A stretch of DNA of 64,000 nt from Paludibacteraceae bacterium (GTDB lineage: Bacteria > Bacteroidota > Bacteroidia > Bacteroidales > Paludibacteraceae), in the NCBI GenBank assembly GCA_905235225.1, contig CAJOKE010000014.1, positions 4,175 through 68,174 on the forward strand, given 5' to 3'. Both the position numbers and the translations under genes were made by a program. Each line of letters starts with the position of its first letter. The first letter of the stretch is position 1. A model generated the notes under the pieces. The model did not search any database. It worked only from the letters and a program-made list of their open reading frames with translations, and had not been told where the DNA came from. Positions 34,983 to 44,802 of this stretch are shown in pieces.

Positions 34983-35389
34983 TCGAAGAATTCAGTTGCT
35001 TTGACGACTGGATGGACCGCTATACCCTTCTTATAGATCTCGGAAACGGATTGGATCCCTTCCCTGAAAGCGAAAAGAATGACAAGAATCTGATTGACGG
35101 ATGTCAATCCAAAGTGTGGTTCACGGCAGAATTAGACAAGACCAATCCGGAAAAGCCCGTTGTGATTTATCATGGCGATTCAGATGCCATATTAGTTAAA
35201 GGTATAGTGGCTCTTCTAATTCGTGTACTCAGCGGACACACACCAAAAGAAATTGTCGATGCAGACTTATACTTCATCGACAAAATCAATCTTCGCGAGC
35301 ATCTCTCTCCGACTCGCAGTAACGGGTTAGCCGCCATGCTAAAGCAGATGCGTTTATTTGCTCTCGCTTATCAAACCACCCTCGAATAA
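34952..35389 (+). CDS. sufE: SufE-family cysteine desulfuration protein
   Basis: DWMDRYTLLIDLG...IDGCQSKVWF...GDSDAILVKGIVALL pattern with the conserved Cys. Confidence 0.8.
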   Translation: MSINQIQDEIIEEFSCFDDWMDRYTLLIDLGNGLDPFPESEKNDKNLIDGCQSKVWFTAELDKTNPEKPVVIYHGDSDAILVKGIVALLIRVLSGHTPKEIVDADLYFIDKINLREHLSPTRSNGLAAMLKQMRLFALAYQTTLE

Positions 35390-36022
35390 CAATTTTCGTC
35401 CCGGATATTTCTCCGGCCACAACAGATTATGTGTGGATAGGACAACACCAATGCCGGCACGGCTGATGGAATAGAGCAATTCCATTATTTCGTTGCCGGT
35501 TTCGGGGTCGAGGTTTCCAGTCGGTTCATCAGCCAAAATAATTTCAGGCGAGTTCAACAAAGAGCGAGCAATAACGACACGCTGCTGCTCACCACCAGAT
35601 AACTGATAAGGCATCTTGTAGGCTTTTTTGTCCATGCCAACCTGTTGAAGGATTTCCAAGACATGGTCGTGCATGATGCGCTTGTTTTTCCACCCTGTTG
35701 CACGCAGGACAAAGATCAAATTGTCCTCGACCGAGCGGTCAGTCAACAATTGATAGTCTTGAAAGACGATTCCAATCCGACGGCGGAGATAAGGCAACTT
35801 ACGACGGCGAATCTTACTCATGTCATAATCCAACACCTGCGCTTTTCCTGCAGCGATAGGCAACTCGCCATACAACGATTTCATAAAGGTGGATTTACCA
35901 GAACCGACTTTCCCAAGCAAGTAAACAAATTCACCGGTATTAATAGTCAAATTAACATCTCTCAAAACGATCTGTTCCGCCTGATGTAACTCGACACCTT
36001 CATATTTAATCAGTTCCGACAT
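35354..36022 (-). CDS. ftsE: Cell-division ABC ATPase FtsE-like
   Basis: Walker [10 protein letters not shown], signature LSGGEQQR, Walker [12 protein letters not shown], 222 aa. Confidence 0.75.
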   Translation of the reverse strand: MSELIKYEGVELHQAEQIVLRDVNLTINTGEFVYLLGKVGSGKSTFMKSLYGELPIAAGKAQVLDYDMSKIRRRKLPYLRRRIGIVFQDYQLLTDRSVEDNLIFVLRATGWKNKRIMHDHVLEILQQVGMDKKAYKMPYQLSGGEQQRVVIARSLLNSPEIILADEPTGNLDPETGNEIMELLYSISRAGIGVVLSTHNLLWPEKYPGRKLLFEGGLISESK

Positions 36023-37488
36023 TATTCGGCAGCGTCAATCTCGTTGATTCTGTTTTCAAGTTCCTGCAACTGTTTTTTCAAGCCATCAATTTTCTTCTGC
36101 ATATCCTCAACCAGTTTATTTCCGGATTTTGATTTACCGGTAAAGAAGAGGATATTATTCTCGGCAGTTTTGATTTCCTGTTGCAGATTCTCATACATAC
36201 GAACAAGTTTGTTCCGGTCGCCACTTGCGATTACACGTTCGCCACGGGCGCGTTGCCGTTCGTCGCGTGCTTCCTTGTTAGCCTCACGTTTCTTATTAAA
36301 GAATTCGTCACACGTCTCGGTAAACTTCTTCCAGAGTTCGTCACTATATTTACGAGCTACGGGACCAATGGTTTTCCATTCTTTTTGAAGTTCAATAAGT
36401 GCGTTCGCCGTTTCCTGCCATGCTTCGCTATCTTTCAGAGCTTCGGCACGCTCGATGAGTGCGCGTTTTTTAGCAAGATTATCGGCAAAGGTGCTGCGCA
36501 AATCCTTATAGAAGGCACTTTTTGCTTTGAAGAAAGCCTCGCTAACCTGACGATATTCGTCATAAACAGCCTGGTTTTGTTTTTTCGGAGCAAAGCCGAT
36601 AGTACGCCATTCATCCTGTAATTTTTGAACGGTCTCACTCGCTTTTTCCCATTGCTTGTTCGATTTGAACGAAGCAAAATCAATCTCTTTAATTTTAGCA
36701 ATAATTTCCTGCTTTTTAACCAAGTTTTCAGCCTCTTTGGCATGGAGTTCGTCGAAGTAAGCCTGATGTTTTTTATTGATAGCCGAAGATGCTTCTTTGA
36801 ATCTATTCCAGAGGTCTTCGCGCAGTTCGCGAGCGACGGGACCAATTTCCGCCCACTCGTCATGCAACTGCTGCAGAGCGCGACTTGCTTCCACGATGTT
36901 CTTATTCTCCTTTAGTTTTTCGGCGGCTTCGCAGAGCAACGTTTTCATTTCAAGGTTCTTCTTGAAATCAAGGTCACGAAGTTCGATATTGATTTTAACA
37001 AGGTCGTAGAACTGCTCCTGATATTGCTGGTACTTTTTCCAAATCTCCTGAACTTTGGGTGCCGGAACCTGTCCAATGGTTTTCCATTCAGCCTGCAGCT
37101 CGCGCATTTTTTTGAGGTTGTCCATGACATCCGCCGTTTCGGCTTCCGCCATTTCCTTCATTTGAGCAAGAATATTCTCTTTACGAAGGAGATTTTGCGC
37201 CTGCTCCGCCTCAACTTGTTTAGTGTACTCGGCACGTTTTGTTTTGTACTCATTCAATAACTCACGGAATTTCATTTCAGTCTCATCCAGCATAGGCTGC
37301 CAGTTTTCCAACACTTCGCCGGCTTCAGCCGCAGCTTCTTCAGCAGCCTTTTTCAAGGCAGCTTGTTCCTCATGATACTGGCGATAGAATTGTGTTTTCA
37401 GAGCTTCTACCTGGTCTTTTACTTCCGTTACATTCTGCTCCAGCAGAGATTTCAGCTCGTTTACGAGCGATTGTTTATCGTTTGCCAT
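36022..37488 (-). CDS. DUF349 repeat protein
   Basis: Trimmed to MANDKQSLVNELK. Repeated W(K/R)xIG(P/F)(V/A) units (EWKTIGQVP, EWAEIGPVA, EWRTIGFAP, EWKTIGPVA) are characteristic of DUF349. Confidence 0.75.
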   Translation of the reverse strand: MANDKQSLVNELKSLLEQNVTEVKDQVEALKTQFYRQYHEEQAALKKAAEEAAAEAGEVLENWQPMLDETEMKFRELLNEYKTKRAEYTKQVEAEQAQNLLRKENILAQMKEMAEAETADVMDNLKKMRELQAEWKTIGQVPAPKVQEIWKKYQQYQEQFYDLVKINIELRDLDFKKNLEMKTLLCEAAEKLKENKNIVEASRALQQLHDEWAEIGPVARELREDLWNRFKEASSAINKKHQAYFDELHAKEAENLVKKQEIIAKIKEIDFASFKSNKQWEKASETVQKLQDEWRTIGFAPKKQNQAVYDEYRQVSEAFFKAKSAFYKDLRSTFADNLAKKRALIERAEALKDSEAWQETANALIELQKEWKTIGPVARKYSDELWKKFTETCDEFFNKKREANKEARDERQRARGERVIASGDRNKLVRMYENLQQEIKTAENNILFFTGKSKSGNKLVEDMQKKIDGLKKQLQELENRINEIDAAE

Positions 37489-37528
37489 AATTAGAGACGC
37501 CCCACGGGCGGAGAACATTAATTTCGCG

Positions 37529-37536
37529 CAAAGGTA
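37529..37536 (-). promoter_or_regulatory. -7 promoter box (TACCTTTG) for the DUF349 gene
   Basis: Plus-strand cgcgCAAAGGTAat, 41 nt upstream of the ATG at 37488. Confidence 0.55.
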
Positions 37537-37666
37537 ATACTTTTTTTTCAAGTATACAAAAATAATTTAGAAAAATCAGAAATTTTCCATAGAATGGTTA
37601 GCAAATGTATGAATGGAAAAAGAACAATTGTCAGTTTTGGCAGTGCATGTTATTATAGTTGTGTAT

Positions 37667-37728
37667 CTGAAATAACCTAATAATATCCTAATAATAACCT
37701 AATAACAGCCTAATAAAATCCTAATATG
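37667..37728 (+). repeat. 62-bp module of five 11-bp CCTAATA units (copy 2 of 2)
   Basis: Identical to 23319-23380 except position 9 (a versus t). Same orientation. Confidence 0.9.
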
Positions 37729-37826
37729 AAGTATGGAATTTGAGTAAAAAAAAAGACAAAAAAAGAAAAAAAGTAGAATGTACGTCAAATTATGGGAAGC
37801 GATTTGTGTATATCGTTTATTTTTTG

Positions 37827-37834
37827 TACCTTTG
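37827..37834 (+). promoter_or_regulatory. -7 promoter box (TACCTTTG) for prfB
   Basis: tttttgTACCTTTGcgcgg, 131 nt upstream of the ATG at 37966. Phased A-tracts lie at 37745-37775 just upstream. Confidence 0.55.
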
Positions 37835-37854
37835 CGCGGAAAAACAGTCATATA

Positions 37855-37953
37855 CAAATACAGATTAGAGACAATAATATACAAATACAGATTGGAGATA
37901 GTCATATTCAAATACAGATTGGAGACAGGTAAAAACAAATACAGATTGAAATT
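37855..37953 (+). repeat. Four direct repeats, period exactly 27 nt, in the predicted prfB leader
   Basis: The CAAATACAGATT(A/G)GAGA core starts at 37855, 37882, 37909 and 37936. The last copy is truncated (CAAATACAGATTGAAATT). Confidence 0.85.
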
Positions 37954-37965
37954 ATAATATACCTT

Positions 37966-39072
37966 ATGATAACAATAGAGCAACTAAAAGACATTCAGAC
38001 ACGCGCAGAGAAGTTGAAACAATACCTTGCGATAGACGAGAAACGCATCCAATTAGAGGAGGAGGAACTACATACGCAAGCTCCCGGTTTTTGGGATGAT
38101 GCCAAGGCAGCAGAAGCCCAAATGCGCAAAGTCAAAAACCTCAAACGATGGATAGAAGGTTATGAGGGAGTACGTTCCGCAACCGACGAGTTGCAGCTTG
38201 CTTTCGATTTCTACAAGGACGAACTGGTCACCGAAGAAGAGGTGGATGCCGCCTATGCAAAAGCACTCCAAGAAGTAGAAGACCTTGAGATGAAGAATAT
38301 GCTATCGCATGAAGAGGATGCGATGCCTGCAGTATTGAAAATAGTCAGCGGTGCCGGCGGAACGGAGGCGCAAGACTGGGCGGAGCAACTGATGCGAATG
38401 TACCAACGCTATTGCGAAAAGCACAACTACAAAGTAACAATAGCAAACTTGCAAGAAGGTGACGAAGCAGGAATCAAGACCGTGACATTCAATATCGAAG
38501 GTGATATGGCATACGGTTATCTGAAGTCCGAAAACGGCGTCCACCGCTTGGTTCGTGTGAGTCCGTACAATGCCCAAGGCAAACGTATGACATCCTTTGC
38601 CAGTGTATTTGTCGTACCACTGATTGACGATTCGATAGATATAGAGGTCAACCCTGCGGGAATTTCGTGGGATACGTTCCGCTCATCCGGAGCCGGCGGT
38701 CAGAATGTAAACAAAGTGGAGTCCGGTGTCCGTTTGCACTATAAGTTTATCAACTGTCTGACGGGTCAACCAGATGAAATCGTGATTGAGAATACCGAAA
38801 CACGCGACCAGCCGAAGAACCGCGAAAACGCCCTGCGTCATTTGCGCAGCCAACTCTATGAACTGGAATTAGAGAAGCGTCGCCAAGCAGCCGCCAAAGT
38901 AGAAGCAGGCAAGAAAAAGATCGAATGGGGTTCACAGATTAGGTCCTATGTGTTTGATGACCGCCGTGTGAAAGACCATCGCACGAACTATCAGACATCC
39001 AATGTGAATGCGGTTATGGATGGTGACATAGACGCCTTTATCAAAGCATACCTAATGGAGTTTCCCGATTAA
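37966..39072 (+). CDS. prfB: Peptide chain release factor 2, encoded in a single uninterrupted frame
   Basis: FWDDAKAAEAQMRK, SGAGGTEAQDWA, GVHRLVRVSPYN, SGAGGQNVNK (GGQ), WGSQIRSYV. There is no in-frame stop at the usual frameshift position. Confidence 0.9.
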   Translation: MITIEQLKDIQTRAEKLKQYLAIDEKRIQLEEEELHTQAPGFWDDAKAAEAQMRKVKNLKRWIEGYEGVRSATDELQLAFDFYKDELVTEEEVDAAYAKALQEVEDLEMKNMLSHEEDAMPAVLKIVSGAGGTEAQDWAEQLMRMYQRYCEKHNYKVTIANLQEGDEAGIKTVTFNIEGDMAYGYLKSENGVHRLVRVSPYNAQGKRMTSFASVFVVPLIDDSIDIEVNPAGISWDTFRSSGAGGQNVNKVESGVRLHYKFINCLTGQPDEIVIENTETRDQPKNRENALRHLRSQLYELELEKRRQAAAKVEAGKKKIEWGSQIRSYVFDDRRVKDHRTNYQTSNVNAVMDGDIDAFIKAYLMEFPD

Positions 39073-39094
39073 GGGAATCTGTCAAAAAGGACAA

Positions 39095-39123
39095 CAAAAA
39101 AACGGCTTGCGCCGTTTTTTTTT
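39095..39123. terminator. Bidirectional intrinsic terminator between convergent prfB and rpoD
   Basis: aaaaaaACGGCttgcGCCGTttttttttt: a GC stem flanked by an A run and a T run. Confidence 0.65.
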
Positions 39124-39982
39124 ATCCCAAATAGGTTTGGAGAACATGTGAGCGAGAACCTTTCTTGAGACGGTCAATCGCTTTCTCCTTGATTTGCCGG
39201 ACACGTTCACGTGTCAGGTTGAGTTCCTCACCAATCTCTTCCAACGTTTTCTCAGGAACGCCGATACCGAAGAACTTGCGCAGGATGTCCGCCTCGCGCG
39301 GTGTCAAGGTAGTCAATGCGCGTTCGACTTCCGTTTTGAGCGATTCGTTAATCAAGCCTCTGTCAGCATTAGGAGAATCCTCATTAACCATGACATCAAT
39401 AAGGCTGTTGTCCTCCCCCTCAACAAAGGGGGCATCAACAGAAACATGTCGTCCGGACAATTTCAAAGCATCGGCAATTTTTTCGATCGGCATATCGAGC
39501 ACATCCGCCAATTCTTCCAGCGAAGGTCTGCGTTCATGCTCCTGCTCAAATCGTTGCATAGCTTTTGTGATTTTGTTCATTGAACCGACCTGATTAAGAG
39601 GCAGACGAACAATACGGGATTGTTCAGCCAAAGCCTGCAGGATAGATTGTCTAATCCACCAAACAGCATAGGAAATGAACTTAAAACCACGTGTCTCGTC
39701 AAACTTCTCCGCCGCTTTAATCAGTCCCAAGTTTCCTTCATTGATAAGGTCAGGCAAGCTAAGTCCCTGATTCTGATACTGTTTAGCAACAGAAACGACG
39801 AATCTGAGGTTAGCCCTTGTCAGTTTCTCCAACGCGGCGCGGTCTCCGTTCCGAATACGACCAGCCAACTCGACTTCTTCCTCAACGGTGACAAGTTCTT
39901 CCCTACCAATTTCCTGCAGGTACTTGTCCAGCGAAGCCGATTCGCGATTGGTGATTGATTTTGTAATTTTAAGTTGACGCAT
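39122..39982 (-). CDS. rpoD: Primary RNA polymerase sigma factor (Bacteroidetes sigma-A, short 286-aa form)
   Basis: Regions 1.2-4 are recognisable: [50 protein letters not shown]. Confidence 0.9.
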   Translation of the reverse strand: MRQLKITKSITNRESASLDKYLQEIGREELVTVEEEVELAGRIRNGDRAALEKLTRANLRFVVSVAKQYQNQGLSLPDLINEGNLGLIKAAEKFDETRGFKFISYAVWWIRQSILQALAEQSRIVRLPLNQVGSMNKITKAMQRFEQEHERRPSLEELADVLDMPIEKIADALKLSGRHVSVDAPFVEGEDNSLIDVMVNEDSPNADRGLINESLKTEVERALTTLTPREADILRKFFGIGVPEKTLEEIGEELNLTRERVRQIKEKAIDRLKKGSRSHVLQTYLG

Positions 39983-40004
39983 TTATCTATAAATAAAATC
40001 TTTG

Positions 40005-40078
40005 TGATCCGGCCGGGATTCGAACCCGGGACCCACAGCTTAGAAGGCTGTTGCTCTATCCAGCTGAGCTACCAGACC
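40005..40078 (-). tRNA. tRNA-Arg (anticodon TCT), 74 nt, CCA not encoded
   Basis: Folded by hand. Acceptor GGTCTGG/CCGGATC (two G-U pairs), D arm GCTC-AGCTGGATA-GAGC, anticodon arm ACAGC-CTTCTAA-GCTGT, variable loop GGGTC, T arm CCGGG-TTCGAAT-CCCGG, discriminator A. Confidence 0.9.
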
Positions 40079-40113
40079 CCACGTAATCAGCGCATAGCAC
40101 GCCAAAAAACGCG

Positions 40114-40121
40114 CAAAGGTA
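40114..40121 (-). promoter_or_regulatory. -7 promoter box (TACCTTTG) for tRNA-Arg
   Basis: Plus-strand gcgCAAAGGTActgc, 36 nt upstream of the tRNA 5' end. Confidence 0.55.
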
Positions 40122-40169
40122 CTGCTTTTTTTTCAAATATCCAAATAAAAAAGCATTTTTACCTATTTT

Positions 40170-40484
40170 TTACAGTAAAGAGTCGAATAATTTCTGTAAA
40201 TCAGGCTTACGGCAAGCCCCCACATGGCGATTTACGAGTTCTCCATTCTTAAAGAACAGCATAGTCGGAATATTCATAATTCCATACTGCTCACAAATCT
40301 CGCCATATTCGTCCACATTGAGTTTTCCGACGTTAATACGTCCATCATACTCTGCCGCCAATTCGTCAACGATGGGCAACATCATTTTACACGGACCACA
40401 CCAAGCAGCCCAAAAATCTACTACCAAGGGTTTTCCCTCTGCCAACAACTGTTGGAAGTTGGCATCTGTTACTTCGTACGTCAT
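40170..40484 (-). CDS. trxA: Thioredoxin
   Basis: 104 aa with a WCGPC active site. Confidence 0.9.
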   Translation of the reverse strand: MTYEVTDANFQQLLAEGKPLVVDFWAAWCGPCKMMLPIVDELAAEYDGRINVGKLNVDEYGEICEQYGIMNIPTMLFFKNGELVNRHVGACRKPDLQKLFDSLL

Positions 40485-40498
40485 AGTTATATTGTTTA

Positions 40499-42757
40499 TT
40501 AAATTTTTATTGTCTTAATTTTAGGATTAAGCAAGAGTTTCTCGGTAATTTTATCTTCCAAATAGGTTTGCACAGCTCTTTTTACGGGACGTGCGCCATA
40601 TTGTTTGGTATCCGCTTTGTCCAACATTTGCTTTTTCGCTTCATTAGAAACGAGCAAACTATGTCCTTGCGCTTTGAGCCGCTTACGAAGGGCATCAATT
40701 TCAATATCAAGGATACGCTCCAATGTCTCACGTTCCAACGAATTGAAGACCACGACATTGTCGATACGGTTAACGAACTCCGGCGGGAAAGTTTTATTGA
40801 GAGCCTTCATCAAGGTATTACGCTGCGCCTTGATGTCCAAATCGTTCGAATCAAATCCTATTCCGCCCCCAAAATCTTTCAGTTGTCTGGTTCCGACATT
40901 AGATGTGAGGATGATAATGGTATTTTTGAAATCCACCACATGCCCCTGCCTGTCAGTCAAGCGTCCTTCGTCCAGCACTTGAAGGAGCACATTGAAAATA
41001 TCCGGGTGCGCCTTTTCTATCTCGTCAAAAAGGACGATACTATATGGTTTGCGGCGAACAGCTTCGGTTAATTTACCTCCGTCCTCATGCGCGACATATC
41101 CCGGAGGTGCGCCGACCAGCAGTGACACGGTATGTTTCTCCATATACTCGGACATGTCAAAACGTACAACGGCGTCTTTACTGCCAAACATTTCTTCCGC
41201 CAGACACTGCGCCAAATGTGTTTTACCAACGCCTGTAGGACCAAGGAAGAAGAATGTTCCGATAGGACGCCTCGGGTCACGCAATCCTAATCGCGAACGC
41301 TGAATAGCTTTGACAACCGTATCCACCGCCTCGTCCTGTCCGATAACACGTTTACGCAGGACATCCGCCATAGTCCGCAGCCGTTCTGTTTCAGCTTTAC
41401 GGACACGCTGCACCGGCACTCCGGACATCATAGCCACGACATTAGCCATATCATCGGCATCGACCGTTGGACGTTCGGCATTATCCTCGCCTTGCACAGT
41501 ATGTTTTTTTGCGCCGGCTTCGTCCATGACATCTATCGCTTTGTCCGGGAAGGCTCTGTCCGTAATATACCGTTCGGACAATGCTACAGCCGCATCCAGA
41601 GCCTCATCCAAATAGTTCACCCGATGGTAGTCCCCGTAATGTACAGACAAGCGGTGTAAAATTTCCAGAGTTTCCTCGGATGTAGTCGGTCGAACCACGA
41701 TTTTCTGGAAGCGTCTTTCCAGTGCGCCATCCTTTTCAATTGATGTGCGATACTCGTTTGTTGTAGTAGCCCCGATACACTGCACTTCTCCCCTTGCCAA
41801 AGCGGGTTTAAGGATATTAGCGGCATCCAAAGAACCTTGTGCATTACCGGCACCGATAATCGTATGAATCTCATCAATAAAAAGGATGATATCAGGATGA
41901 TTTTGCAGTTCATTGATAACGGACTTCATTCGTTCCTCAAACTGTCCACGATATGTTGTCCCTGCCACCATAGAGGCGACATCCAAAGTAATGATACGTT
42001 TGCCTTTGAGTACCTCAGCCTCATGATTGACAATCTTTAGAGCAAGCCCTTCCACAATAGCAGATTTACCGACTCCCGGGTCGCCGATAAGAATGGGGTT
42101 ATTTTTCTTGCGGCGTGAGAGAATCTGCGTCACCCGTTCGATTTCTGTTTCACGTCCAACGACAGGATCGAGCCTACCCTCAGAGGCCTGCTTGGTAAGA
42201 TCACGGCCATATTTATCCAAGGAAGGTGTGGCAGATTGTGATTTGCGCTCCCGCGTTTTCCGTTCCGGTTCACTTGGTTTGTTGGGAGCATCTTCCACTT
42301 CCGATGATTGTCCGAAGCCATTACGCGGAATAGTCTGCTGCTTAGGATAAAGTTCAGCAATGCGCTCATAAGTAATATCCCAAACGGTTTCCAAATATGC
42401 GGCAGCATTATTGACATGTTCATGCAAGATAGCCAAGAGCAAATGGATTGAGCCAACTGCCTCGTCGTTGTACTGGCGTGCTTCGCCCTCTGCGATTCTC
42501 AAGATACGCTCAACCTGAACACTTCGTCTAACGGGTTCCATGAGGTCGGATTTCATATCTTCCAAGGCTAAATCCAGATTGTTTTTAGCGTCTTCGGGAT
42601 GTAATCCGGCGCGCAATAACAAGTCATATGCCGTTCCTTCCGCCAAGCGCATAATGCCCAGCAACAGGTGTTCGGGTTCAATCAGTGGTGTTTGTGTACG
42701 TTCCGCTTCTTCGCGGGAATAAATCAAAATTTTATTTAATCTAACAGTCTGTGGCAT
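40499..42757 (-). CDS. Clp/Hsp100 AAA+ ATPase (ClpC/ClpA-like, two nucleotide-binding domains)
   Basis: Clp_N repeats ([19 protein letters not shown]). Walker [10 protein letters not shown] and GPTGVGKTH. Sensor and arginine-finger regions. 752 aa. Confidence 0.85.
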   Translation of the reverse strand: MPQTVRLNKILIYSREEAERTQTPLIEPEHLLLGIMRLAEGTAYDLLLRAGLHPEDAKNNLDLALEDMKSDLMEPVRRSVQVERILRIAEGEARQYNDEAVGSIHLLLAILHEHVNNAAAYLETVWDITYERIAELYPKQQTIPRNGFGQSSEVEDAPNKPSEPERKTRERKSQSATPSLDKYGRDLTKQASEGRLDPVVGRETEIERVTQILSRRKKNNPILIGDPGVGKSAIVEGLALKIVNHEAEVLKGKRIITLDVASMVAGTTYRGQFEERMKSVINELQNHPDIILFIDEIHTIIGAGNAQGSLDAANILKPALARGEVQCIGATTTNEYRTSIEKDGALERRFQKIVVRPTTSEETLEILHRLSVHYGDYHRVNYLDEALDAAVALSERYITDRAFPDKAIDVMDEAGAKKHTVQGEDNAERPTVDADDMANVVAMMSGVPVQRVRKAETERLRTMADVLRKRVIGQDEAVDTVVKAIQRSRLGLRDPRRPIGTFFFLGPTGVGKTHLAQCLAEEMFGSKDAVVRFDMSEYMEKHTVSLLVGAPPGYVAHEDGGKLTEAVRRKPYSIVLFDEIEKAHPDIFNVLLQVLDEGRLTDRQGHVVDFKNTIIILTSNVGTRQLKDFGGGIGFDSNDLDIKAQRNTLMKALNKTFPPEFVNRIDNVVVFNSLERETLERILDIEIDALRKRLKAQGHSLLVSNEAKKQMLDKADTKQYGARPVKRAVQTYLEDKITEKLLLNPKIKTIKI

Positions 42758-42792
42758 TAATTTATATTATCATTTAGTCAATTATTTCATTA

Positions 42793-44799
42793 TCAGCGAT
42801 AGAACGACCATGCCAACCCAGCCCTAAATACATCGGGGTTATAAGGATAAAACGGCATAATCTGAGCATTTGTATTTTTGCGCATAAACAAATGGTTGAA
42901 ATGCGTATAGTGTGCAAAGAAATTCAGATGCAATGACCGGACAAAGAAGTTCAGATAAACATTCATAACAGGATAGTTTCCAATTTTATATTCCGTTTGC
43001 GCGCAGAATTGTCCTGTAGCCGGATTAAGAATCGGTGCATAATAGGCGGTGTGGTATCGCAAATCCACTCCTATTTGCGCATCAAGAGCCTTAAACCATG
43101 TTCCATGGTAATACAAGTTATGGTAGAGTGTAACCGCAGGCAAAGCCATAATGGATGATGTTGAGTGCTGATAGACGATATTATTCTCAAGATTGATCCA
43201 CGGTGTCGTCAAATCAATACGCCCGTCCACACTGATGATTTGTACATTTCCATCCAACTGATGCGGGAGTCCGTCCGAGGCAGAGAACCAAATCGGCTTG
43301 GTAATGTTCTCAAATCCGACTTTGACTTTAGGTTTAACCCATTTGGTCGGATAAGCGACATGTCCGCCGACATAGAAGCGCATAGGCTTGTCAAAGTCAT
43401 TATCCCATCGGAAATGATTGGAATAGAAGTGTTGCTGATAATAAACAGGTGTCTCATTACGGAAAAAGACATTTGCCGCAACAGACATAGTATCCTTCCC
43501 CACCCTAAAATCAGTATTGATATGGCCGTTTACCTGAAACTCTCCCAACTTATATCCCAACACACAGACATCTCCGTTAACACCATAACGAATAACACTC
43601 CCCCTGTTTTTGTAAATTGCTCCGCCGACAAAGGTATTGTTCAACCATTGGTAGTGGTAACTGTCCCACGGCTGCATGACCAAGATGTTAGCCATAATGG
43701 TATCCATGGGATTGCCAAACGTTGGCAGTTCCGTGTAATTCTTGCCAACAGGATACATGTATCGTTGACATTCATTGACGGCATACACTTTGGCGCCGAA
43801 CCTCAAAAGAGTATTAAACTCTTCCTCAAAAGTGACGGCAAGCGTATTCCGTATAGTAAGAACATCCGTAGAATCCCGCGTTTCCGACCAGTTACGGTAC
43901 ACATCCGTAAAATAGCCTTGCTGAGCCGTTTCCTCGATATAGCGTCTATTGCTGTTATTCAAATCAAACGTATGCGCAAAGGTAATAAGCGGTACATACT
44001 CAATCCGTACGGTGTCCTTTTTCTCCATCTCGCCAAAGTTATTCTTCACTTCAATTGAATCGACATGCTCACGCTCGACAGTGAGAGAATAATAATGATT
44101 GAGCAAGCCACTCAAATAGCGATATGAAGACATCCCCTTCATCCGGACAGGAATATCCTCGGGTTCGAGTGTGCCTGTCATATCTTCCAAGTTATTGATA
44201 CCACCGTTTTCAAAATTACTGAGTGTAGCAAAAGTAAATGCCGCATGCAGAGAGTAATGGTTTCCATTATAAGAACCAAAGACCGCGCCGTTAAACAGTT
44301 TGTTTTCCTGATTCAAATAATGCCCTGCGGCACTCAGATAATTAGCCTGTAACCCCAGATTAAACCTTCTGTTTATGTTTCCCGTGAACATGAAATTCAA
44401 TTCATTTTCCTCATGATAGGTGGTGAACCCTTTTTTGTAGGCGATGTTGGAATAAGGTACAGTAGTATTATAGAATTTCACATCAGCCGGGGTGATGATA
44501 TACGGTTGATATGCTTTGCCGAAGATATCGTCAATCGAATTCAGTCTTGAAAAATAGATACGTGACTCCGCCGGTGATACCAGTGTTCCATTCCAGACAT
44601 TCGATATGCTGTAATCGTTCAGCATTTCGCGCATCGGGAAGTTCAGATAATTGGTGTCAATCCGCATAGTGTCAGCCTGGTATGCAGGAGCAGACAACTG
44701 CCAAGAACGGATAACCGTCTTGACAGTCTTAGGTTTCGCGTCCAACGTACCGACGAAGGACGCCAGGACACAGACTATAACACCAATCTTTTTTGTCAC
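42793..44799 (-). CDS. Large outer-membrane protein (Bacteroidetes putative-porin family)
   Basis: Signal peptide MTKKIGVIVCVLASFVGTLDA. 668 aa, rich in aromatic residues, Gly and Asn, with an alternating pattern. The family assignment is from recollection. Confidence 0.55.
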   Translation of the reverse strand: MTKKIGVIVCVLASFVGTLDAKPKTVKTVIRSWQLSAPAYQADTMRIDTNYLNFPMREMLNDYSISNVWNGTLVSPAESRIYFSRLNSIDDIFGKAYQPYIITPADVKFYNTTVPYSNIAYKKGFTTYHEENELNFMFTGNINRRFNLGLQANYLSAAGHYLNQENKLFNGAVFGSYNGNHYSLHAAFTFATLSNFENGGINNLEDMTGTLEPEDIPVRMKGMSSYRYLSGLLNHYYSLTVEREHVDSIEVKNNFGEMEKKDTVRIEYVPLITFAHTFDLNNSNRRYIEETAQQGYFTDVYRNWSETRDSTDVLTIRNTLAVTFEEEFNTLLRFGAKVYAVNECQRYMYPVGKNYTELPTFGNPMDTIMANILVMQPWDSYHYQWLNNTFVGGAIYKNRGSVIRYGVNGDVCVLGYKLGEFQVNGHINTDFRVGKDTMSVAANVFFRNETPVYYQQHFYSNHFRWDNDFDKPMRFYVGGHVAYPTKWVKPKVKVGFENITKPIWFSASDGLPHQLDGNVQIISVDGRIDLTTPWINLENNIVYQHSTSSIMALPAVTLYHNLYYHGTWFKALDAQIGVDLRYHTAYYAPILNPATGQFCAQTEYKIGNYPVMNVYLNFFVRSLHLNFFAHYTHFNHLFMRKNTNAQIMPFYPYNPDVFRAGLAWSFYR

Positions 44800-44802
44800 A
44801 CT

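Noticed and set aside
39974-40252. 92-aa plus-strand ORF
   Set aside because: It overlaps the tRNA-Arg gene and the trxA 3' end on the opposite strand.
43165-44058. 297-aa plus-strand ORF
   Set aside because: It is antisense to the 668-aa outer-membrane protein gene and shows no recognisable features.
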